Positions 55,163 to 64,000 of a DNA stretch of 64,000 bases are shown here, piece by piece. Source of the DNA: Macrostomum lignano (lineage: Eukaryota). The position numbers were made by a program, and so were the translations under genes. The stretch lies in the NCBI GenBank assembly GCA_002269645.1, contig NIVC01002323.1, forward strand, positions 1-64,000. The letters are read 5' to 3'. How positions within the stretch are numbered: the stretch's first letter is position 1; each line of letters begins with the position of its first letter. The notes under the pieces are model-generated. The model made no database searches. It was not told the DNA's origin and was given only the letters and a program-made list of their open reading frames with translations.

Positions 55163-55604
55163 AGTACTTGAGGCCGAGGCCTATTTACATTGCCGTGTCA
55201 AACTGAAACTATTTATAATACGAAGGGACATATTACAATGAATAATTAATAGAAAGCACTCGGGGTTAATAGATCAGGAGACTGACTAATGCCGGTTTGA
55301 ACCATAGACAGATAAAATAAAAAATGACAAATTAATTTACAAGGACCACTTCTTAAATACCGCGTCGTATTCACAGGCATAAATGATAAATGTGTTACTA
55401 ACTATACTAACTAACTAACTATATAGTCCACAAACTATTAAATTTTGTGAAAAATTAGAGCTTCTGCTCTTTTCTCAGTAGTTAATCTGTACAGGATCAT
55501 AATAATTTAATGTGGTAGCTAAAATCCCCTTCCTTTCTGTGGGGTTGAGCATTGCAAGCATTAACTCGGTGTACACACGTGAACGCAAGACGAACGAAAA
55601 TCAG

Positions 55605-55745
55605 CCTGGGGGGCAGGCCCAATCTGGCTCAGCCAATGAGAGACCAGTAAGGAGAGAGATCAAAGTCAGACGGCCTAGTCCTAGGGGGCAAGCCCAATCT
55701 ATCTCAGCCAATTAGAGAGCATTAAGGAGAGAGAGATCAAAGTCA
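55605..55745. promoter_or_regulatory. Tandemly duplicated ~75-bp module, each copy with two CCAAT boxes, about 450 bp upstream of the KH-like gene
   Basis: CCAAT at 55619, 55633, 55694 and 55708; AGCCAATGAG matches the NF-Y consensus. Confidence 0.5.
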
Positions 55746-56814
55746 CAAGCGGGCAAGAGGAAGCCAAAAGGCTGATGCGCCAACTATTATCCCTCTTGCA
55801 CACTCCTATGCACACACGCACCCTGAAATTGTTTTTTTAAGTTTTACGAGTGCTACACTATACAGTTTTTTAAACTCGTTTTTGTTTTGAGTTTGTCTGT
55901 AGTCAGTAAAACAGTATGAAGATGCTAATTTTATGGGTCTACTAAAACTTTAAATATATTGTAAAATTTAAAGGTCACAATTTTTTTACTATTATTATAG
56001 GCAAAAACACTAACTTTGCTACTGAAAAAGAGTAGATGAGCGCATTTTATGAAAATAGCAGGTATAGCCATCATAGTTATTCTAGTAGCTTGTAGTTTAT
56101 ACTAAATTATTATTATTACTACTATTAACGACACTTAAAGTAGTATGCTGCTTATTTCAACAGCTTCCTAAAAGACATCATTAATATATTAAGATAAGTA
56201 GCTACATTCTGTACCTCTCAGATGTACTCTCTTTCTTTAATACAATGCTTCATCTCTCACCCCCTCTCTCTCTCTCTCTCTCTCTAGTCTCTCCCCACCC
56301 TCCCCCAAAAAGCTCCTCGCACATTGTCGTTGTCATGGTAGCTTGAAACTGCACTCACGCCCAACCCAATAGACTGTACGCTCTGTACCTTGGGGCATTC
56401 CAACTCTGTCCCCCACTGTAGCCTGTCCAGTTTGAGTCTCACAGTTGTTCTCAGTAGCTAGAGTGCTTCACCTGCCTCTCTCCTGCTTTTTGTTGAGTCA
56501 GCCATACTCTTAAAACTTGTTGGTTTGGCCAGTACAGCTGTAAGCCTCCTTTGTCAAATGCTCTTAAATTCCTAGAGACACGGTGCGAATTATAAAAAGG
56601 ACTGCTTTGGGGAAATATTTCTTTGACGATGACGCCTCCATGGAAATTGTGAGTCATTTTTTAAGTCTAAATTTTTGTAGTGCAATAGGGTATTGGAGCC
56701 CATTATATAAATGTTGGAAGCTTTTAGTTTTTTTAGCAATAAAATTCCTAATATTTCACCCTCTGGAATTTCAAATTGCAAATGGAGCTCCTGCAGCACC
56801 AGTTGCTTTAGCAG

Positions 56815-56985
56815 CAGGGGCGCCAGCACCAGGGGCTTTAGCACCAGGGGTGCCAGCACCAGGGGCGCCAGCACCAGGGGCGCCAGCACCAGTGGCGCCA
56901 GCACCAGGGGATTTAGCATCAGGGGCTTTAGCAACAGTTGCTTTAGCAGCAGGGGCTTTAGCACCAGGGGATTTAGCAACATGGA
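56815..56985. repeat. 15-bp repeat (GCACCAGGGG[CGCCA/CTTTA]) inside an Ala/Pro/Gly-rich ORF (56583-57026 +)
   Basis: About 10 units; coding status unclear. Confidence 0.8.
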
Positions 56986-57528
56986 AACCAATCTATAACA
57001 TCCTCTCGCTGACAGCTGGGTTCTAACCGTGTATCTGCCATCCATTTGTGCAGCTATTTAGTTAGCTCCCTATCTGAAGCTAGAAACATGCGCGAAGCAG
57101 AATTCACACAAAGCAGATAGCCAGATAAATATTTTAGTCAAATACCCAAGCTGCCTGTTGCAGAGTCATATGCGCATGTCAACTTGATACAGTATATATT
57201 TTGAATCCAATAAAAAGTCGCTTTTTGGAGAAGAAAAGTCACAAACTTGCTTTGGACAGAACATTTTTAGCACCGGGGGTTGGGCCGACAGTCCAAAGGT
57301 GACTGATAAAGACGCGGTTCGCATTGCCAGGCAAGCAACTCATGCAGTATCTGTTTAGAATATCGCTTGCTACACAACAGCCCTCAACTCCTTCTGCAGG
57401 CCCCCTGGCGGCTGGCTATCCATAAGCAGTCCCGATCTCTGACCAATCGAGCTGCTTCAATGCACTGCGCTTGGCGCAGACTGCGCCGGGCAAGAAACAC
57501 GCTCTACATATCAGCGCACAGGAGCGGC

Positions 57529-60049
57529 ATGGGCCGCTTGCAGATTGCACTGGTCCTAGCAGCCATGGGAGCGATTCTGTGTCTCTATCTGCTGTCTCTG
57601 TCCGTCACCACCATGGTGGGCAGTCTGGTGCCGCCAGGTTTCTACGCGACAGCGGCCAGGTTTCCTGGCGGCTGCGGTGACGAATGGCCGCCGCCGAAGC
57701 ACATCGATCCGGAGGTGTTCCAGACTATTGAACAGGTGCGTGATCCGGCTTGATGGACTACTGAGTGTGTCTGTGCATGATGGTGGACACACTACTGATT
57801 GTGTCTGACCGTGATGATGGACACACTACTGATTGTGTCTGACCGTGATGATGGACACACTACTGATTGTGTCTGACCGTGATGATGGACACACTACTGA
57901 TTGTGTCTGACCATGATGATGGACACACTACTGATTGTGTCTGACCATGATGATGGACACACTACTGATTGACTACCAATGTGTTTGCCATGCAGGTAAT
58001 CAGCGACAAAGGCTTCAAAGTGAAAAGCTACAATGTCACAACAGCTGACGGTTACATTCTGGGAGTTCAACGAATCATGCCAGCCATTCAACGGCATCCA
58101 ACTCCGGTTCTGCTGGTGCACGGCCTGCTGGACAGCGGCTTCACCTGGGTGTCCAACCTGGCCAACCAATCGCTGGCCTACAGACTCAGCGAGGCCGGCT
58201 ACGACGTCTGGCTTGGCAACGTGCGCGGCAACACCTACAGCAAGGCGCACGTGCGCTTAAGTCCACACCAGCTGGAGTTCTGGAAGTTCTCCTGGGACCA
58301 GATGGCGGAGTTCGATCTGCCAGCAATGATTGATGCGGTTATTGGGGAGACTGGAGCTAAACAGGTTTATTATGTTGGCCATTCTCAGGGAACAGAGATT
58401 GCTCTGGCAGGTAAGAAATCACCGGGACGAATCTGTACCATATTCACACAGTCCTCTTCAACCATCTTCACACAGTCTTCTCCCACCATCTTCACACAGT
58501 CTTCTTCAAGCCATCTTCACACAGTTCTCTTCAACCATCTTCACACAGTCTTCTGCCACCATTTTCACACAGTATTCTCCCACCATCTTCACATAGTCTT
58601 CTTCAAGCCATCTTCACACAGTCCTCTTCAACCATCTTCACACAGTCTTCTGCCACCATTTTCACACAGTATTCTCCCACCATCTTCACATAGTCTTCTT
58701 CAAGCCATCTTCACACAGTCCTCTTCAACCATCTTCACACAGTCTTCTCCCACCATCTTCACACAGTCTTCTCCCACCATCTTCACACAGTCTTCTCCAC
58801 CATCTTCACACAGTCTTCTTCAAGCCATCTTCACACAGTCCTCTTCAACCATCTTCACACAGTCCTCTTCAACCATCTTCACACAGTCTTCTTCAAGCCA
58901 TCTTCACACAGTCCTCTTCAACCATCTTCACACAGTCTTCTTCAAGCCATCTTCACACAGTCCTCTTCAACCATCTTCACACAGTCCTCTTCAACCATCT
59001 TCACACAGTCCTCTTCAACCATCTTCACACAGTCCTCTTCAACCATCTTCACACAGTCTTCTTCAAGCCATCTTCACACAGTCCTCTTCAACCATCTTCA
59101 CACAGTCCTCTTCAACCATCTTCACACAGTCCTCTTCAACCATCTTCACACAGTCCTCTTCAACCATCTTCACACAGTCCTCTTCAACCATCTTCACACA
59201 GTCCTCTTCAACCATCTTCACATAGCCTTCTACAAACCATGCATCGTCACACAGTCTTCTTCAAACATCTTCACACAGTCCTCTTCAACCATCTTCACAC
59301 AGTCTTCTCCCACCATTTTCACACAGTCTTCTCCCACCATCTTCACACAGTCAAACTCAAAAACTGTCCCGCCCTCAGCCTGGAGTCAGAACCGCACCCT
59401 CAACTCGCTGGTGAGAGCGGCCGCTCTGCTCGCCCCAGTTGCCACCGTCGGCTACATCGAGAGCCCCATCCGGCTGATCGCTCCTCTGGCCACCAGCCTC
59501 GCCGATGCCATCGACTTCTTCGGTCACGGAGAATTTCTGCCAACCACCCGCCTACTGAAGTTCCTCTCCTTAGCCGTGTGCGGCGATGCTCTGTCGCCTC
59601 TGTGCAGCAATGTGATTTTCCTGCTGTGCGGATTTGACTGTCGCTACACCAACATGACCCGCCTGCCCGTGTACATCAGCCACACGCCGGCTGGCACCTC
59701 GGCCATGAATCTGGTGCACTACGCGCAGGCTGTGCAGCACAAGCGATTTCAGAAGTACGACTACGGCAAGACTGAGAATATGCGCCGGTACGGCCAGCCC
59801 ACGCCGCCTCAGTACAATCTGTACAACATCCGGGTGCCTCTGGCGGTGTACCATGGCGAGAAGGACTGGCTGGCGGATCCCACAGACTTCAGCCTGCTGC
59901 TGCCGCAGATTAAGCACACTCTGGCGCGAGACAGGAACGTGTCCGACTACAACCACCTGGACTTCGTGTGGGGATACAACGCTGCCAAAGTGCTGTACGA
60001 CGATGTTGTTAACTTTTTTAATACAGACTCGGCTAAGGATGGAGCTTGA
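57529..60049 (+). CDS. LIPA: Lysosomal acid/gastric lipase family (abhydro_lipase); exons 57529-57735, 57996-58410, 59379-60049 (430 aa)
   Basis: Motifs DPEV, VTTADGYIL, VLLVHGLL, YDVWLGNVRGNTYS, FSWDQMAEFDLPA, GHSQG (catalytic Ser), DWLADPTD (Asp) and YNHLDFVWG (His). There is a hydrophobic N-terminus, and splice phases are consistent (1293 nt). The symbol denotes the family, not proven orthology. Confidence 0.94.
57772..57970. repeat. 34-bp minisatellite (CTGATTGTGTCTGACCGTGATGATGGACACACTA), lipase intron 1
   Basis: About 6 copies, filling most of the 260-bp intron. Confidence 0.95.
58437..59350. repeat. 24/25-bp minisatellite (AACCATCTTCACACAGTCCTCTTC), lipase intron 2
   Basis: About 37 copies, filling nearly the whole intron. 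Confidence 0.96.
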
Positions 60050-60718
60050 TGAAGCTGGTCCTTTGAAGCCTTGTTGTTAGGGAGTTTACCATCTGCATGA
60101 CGGCATTAGCGAAAACCTTAAAATCCTTTTTTGCTCAAAACCACGGACATGTTCGCCTTGATTTTGCATCAGAAACTGCCTTCCCCCCTAGTCAATACTG
60201 TGTGCGATTTGATTATTCTCATAAATCATATTGTTTTTGTCGCGTTTCCATCAATAGTTAGCATATCCAGATGAGGTTTAAACTATCATATTCAAGATCG
60301 TGAATTCTAATATTCCAGAAAGGTTCAATGAAAGTTTAGAAACCTTAATTCGAGAATTCAAGGTCAGACATACTTTTGTAGGTTGTCAATTTTAATAAAA
60401 ATTTTATTTAAAAATTCCGATATTGATTGATTTGCTACAATTATTTTTCAAGAGCTAACTTACAAAGTGAAAATTAATCTTATTGCTTGTGTGGCAGTAA
60501 TTTTATTTAATAACGAGATTTAATAACATATGTCATCACCGAGTCTAAACTTCTCAGCGCGAGCGTACCTGAGCAGACACACCAATACGAAGGCCATAGA
60601 CTAAAGTTAAACATAGAGAACAAGGCTAAATGAAAATGTAAATCGATTGCTGGGACCCTGCGAGCTTTTCTTACTTGGGTGACGATCAGTCTCGATTCTC
60701 AGGCACTGACAAAAAAGC

Positions 60719-61812
60719 ATGACTGGAAGGAAACTGCCAGAACCGCCACAGCTGCAGCAGCCGAACCGACTAATCGACCAGCGACGCGAAGACGAAGAAT
60801 ACTCCACCCCACCAAGGGTTCAATACCTGATAGAAAAGTACAATCGGTTGGGTTTCCTGGCGCAGCAGCAGCAGCAGTTGCGGCAGCGACAATCGCCGTC
60901 AGTCACTGACTTGAACGTCGGCCAAAGTACTTCCAAACTTGCGGCTCCAAGACGGTTCGGATCTGCCGCGGCCATCGCCATCGGGGCAACCACTAGCAGC
61001 TCCGAGTTCAACAAGACTGAACATTCCATGCGATCTCCAGTGAAAGCTGCAACACCAGCGTCAACGCCAATAACTGTTAAACGTCGATCCAGCATCAAGG
61101 ACGGACTGATAAAAATTGGCAGAAGAATTAGCACAGCTTTGCGACCTGGAGAGACTACTAACAACAGTAGCAACAGAGAGGCTGCAGCTTCACCAAGCAG
61201 ATCGGACAGAAAAAAGTCCATGCCTAATGAGAGCACCAGCCCCGGTGCTGCAACCGAATCAACCTATCGCCAGGGCGTTGCCGGGTGAGATTGATGGGGC
61301 TTGAGACTGTACATCGGCGATGACGCACAGGTTGGGTAGCGAATGGCGTTAGCGGTAAACGCGCGCGACTTGCACCCATGATGGCCAACTCTCAAGGCAC
61401 AGAGTGTGTACATGCCTGACGATAAGAGAGTCGGGGCCAATGTACACCCTGTGTGAGTGTGTGTACACTATCGGCGCTCAAGAATCAGCAGAATGGGCAG
61501 AATTACCTCAGCGTTGTTTGCTTCCCTAAGAGGCGTTTCCGGAGCCACGGCGCCCACAATTTAGCTCGCATGAGGACTTTAGACTTCATCTATCTATCCG
61601 ATGCAATTGGAACGCAGCACAAATTCTTTACCAAGTTGACTTGATTCAATCCTTTTTTCAGAAGTCCGACTGCACTCAAGCCGACACCAGCCCCAAGGCT
61701 GCAGCAGCATCAGGAGTCCGCGGCGACTTTAGCCGCCGCAGCTGCCGCCGCCGCCTCGGCCCGAGCGATGACATCGGATAAGACGCCACTGAGACGACGC
61801 ACGATGGTGTGA
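60719..61812 (+). CDS. Uncharacterised low-complexity protein; exons 60719-61284 and 61662-61812 (238 aa)
   Basis: A 189-codon ORF ends at GG|GTGAG. A phase-2 acceptor (CCTTTTTTCAG) continues it in frame to SPTALKP...RRRTMV*. No recognisable domain. Confidence 0.6.
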
Positions 61813-62683
61813 GATTGAAACTGATCTTGCGGAATCAAAGTATCCAGAGCTGAATCTGAACTTTTAATTCTACACTCGTAAAAAACACATTCGCGAACAT
61901 TTGGCTTAGCAAGCCAAGAGTATATTATTTAATGACGAGATTCCTGATAGGCAAAAGTAAGTAGATATGCTCCTCTTGACTACTTATAATAGACCTCTAA
62001 TTTTACAAGATTTTATAATAACAATTTAACGATTCTTAGTGCTCATTAAATAATCATCTTTCTTGTATCTTTTATTTGCTGTTGAAGTGAAAAGCGTCTG
62101 AAGAGAAAGAAGTCTTTAAACAAATACTAGCTGTCATGGGGTTTTTCAATTCTCGCAATTATAAGGCAAATGGATATGATGAAGAAAAAAAACTTGACAA
62201 CTGAGAGGCAAGAACATAAAGTACAGGGCGCCAGTCAAAATTGCAAATGAAAAAGAGATATTTGAAAGCAGGGGTTGATAAAAAATGATAAATACATAAA
62301 AAAGGGGACCATGCAGGTACATGTATAAAAACTGCTACTCTAGTAATAAAAGAACAGGTGGCAGCTATTATCGACAGCGTCCGATTGCTAACAGTAAGAC
62401 AGGAAGACCAAAATAATAAATGGTAGAAACAAGACGTTATGAGCCAGCAGTGTCAACATGGCGCATTACTGAAAAAAATTCCTGCCAAAAGTAGAGGGCC
62501 AAGGGCTGCAGACCAATCACAAGGATGTTAGCAGAACACGCAGCGAATGGCAGCAAATTCTGATAAAACGGGACTCCATCCAGCAAGCTCCGAAGAGCTG
62601 CAGAACTCCAAGGACTTCGAGCGTAGACTGCAGCTGCAGCACAAAATCGCGCCATTCAGCTACACGGTTTTAACTTCCCAACA

Positions 62684-63822
62684 ATGAATCAACTGCTGGC
62701 ATTCCTAACAGTTGCCTTGACAACAACTTCTGCTGCTGTCATCCTAAATGAGGTGCACAGCAGCAGCTGGTCGGGCGGTCAAATCCGCCACTTCCTCGTC
62801 TCCTCCATCAACCAAGCCAGCGATGTGCTGCAGTGCGCTGCACAGGCTGCCAAGCACCTGCTCGCTCACCAGCTGCTGGTCTTCATCCCTCGAGACGGTG
62901 CTCAGCAGCCCCAGTGCATCGTGGGTGAGTGAGTCCTGGCTGCATGCTCGATGCCTTAAACCTGATGAAGCTGCTCACCCAGCTGAGCTCATTCGCATTC
63001 CAGCAAACCGAAGTGGCGCTGTGTGTCGCAGACTGACGCCTCACACTCACCAGTCTCCGTGCTGCATCAGGGTGAGTAGCAAGCGTGCACTGACTCACCT
63101 GACAGCCAGGTAACTGACAGCACTTGCCTGACCGCAGCTCTCAATGCCTCACTGCAGGTGTTTGTGACGTCACTCAGCGACTGCTGGATCAGCATCCAGC
63201 GTCGGGTGGACAACTCGACAGACTTCTATCGCAACTGGACCGAGTACGCAGCCGGCTTCGGAGAGGGAGCCCACACGAACCACTGGCTCGGTGAGTGCAG
63301 TGCAGTGCGGTCATGACGGTATTGATGCACTTTTTGATAGCGCTGGCCTCCTGTGGCTGTGAGCTGCTCAGCATTGAGCTGTGCTTGACAACTGCAGGTC
63401 TGCGAGCTGTGCACTCTCTGACCTGGCCGTCTGGTCGAGCACTTCGCATGCGAATGAGGCTGTGGAATGGCACGGAGTTCTGGGCCGACTACTCCAGCTT
63501 CTCCGTGGCCAGCGAGGCCGACGAGTTCCGGCTGAGCATCTCGGGGTTCTCCGCCAGCCACCCTGGCGTTGGAGACTGCATGGCCTTCCACAATGGCATG
63601 AAGTTCAGCACACACGACAAGGACAATCACGCATCGAGACGGAACTGCGCCAAGAAGTTCCGCGGAAGTTGGTGGTACTCTGCATGCCACAAGACGAATC
63701 TAAATGGTTTGTACTTTTATCCGCCCGCTGCTTTGCACACGGAAGAGTTCGCCGTGGGAATCAACTGGTACTTTCCATTCGGCTTCCTATATTCACTCAA
63801 AGAAATAGAGCTGCTCGTCTGA
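62684..63822 (+). CDS. Fibrinogen-related domain protein B (FReD/ficolin-like); exons 62684-62924, 62983-63071, 63158-63290, 63398-63822 (295 aa)
   Basis: Signal peptide MNQLLAFLTVALTTTSAAV, then the FBG motifs IQRRVD.S.DFYRNW.EY..GFG, HNGMKFSTHDKDN, NCAKKFRGSWWYSACHKTNLNGLY and GINW. Splice phases are consistent (888 nt). Confidence 0.93.
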
Positions 63823-64000
63823 GTGGAGTTTACTGGATTCTGGCTATCTTTTTGGAACCCGAATAGTATAGCGTTGCGTAATTTGTGCAACGGGTGCATC
63901 AAAATAAATAAATAAATAGCTCGTAAATACGAGAGTAAATAGCGAATCCAGATACGAAAATTAGCCGTACGTGCTTACAATGTCATGATTAGAAATCGAA

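Noticed and set aside
60078-60558. MITE with TAGGGAGTTTA-like termini downstream of the lipase
   Set aside because: The putative TIRs match at only 8 of 11 positions and no TSD is evident
61330-61400. tRNA/SINE-like head (TGGCGTTAGCGG A-box)
   Set aside because: No B-box or cloverleaf could be built

Overview
Animal (metazoan) genomic DNA with GT-AG spliced genes; no prokaryotic features and no CRISPR array. The GC3-rich codons and minisatellite-filled introns suggest a free-living flatworm such as Macrostomum, but this is inference only. I reconstructed exon structures by hand, checking splice phases, for these genes: an M17 leucyl aminopeptidase 3' part (+, with five -1 frameshifts), an intronless SLC46-type MFS transporter (-), a 6-exon TM7SF3 (+), a GRXCR-like glutaredoxin (+), two fibrinogen-related (FReD) genes in inverted orientation about 33.6 kb apart, an SLC22 transporter (+), a KChIP/NCS calcium sensor (-), a protein with a degenerate KH-like domain (-), a LIPA-family lipase (+) and a two-exon low-complexity orphan (+). 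There are also relics of a mariner transposon and an RTE-like LINE. Roughly 40% of the window is tandem repeat, about 35 distinct arrays including a 4.9-kb punctuated (GTCA)n; most long ORFs in the ORF track are repeat artefacts. The strongest finding is that the two FReD genes share a 773-bp tract, introns included, with only 5 mismatches, while their signal peptides and C-terminal ligand-binding halves are strongly diverged. This points to ectopic gene conversion or module swapping between candidate innate-immune genes. Other highlights: almost every long intron carries its own unrelated minisatellite, and TM7SF3 intron 1 is a near-complete CpG desert.
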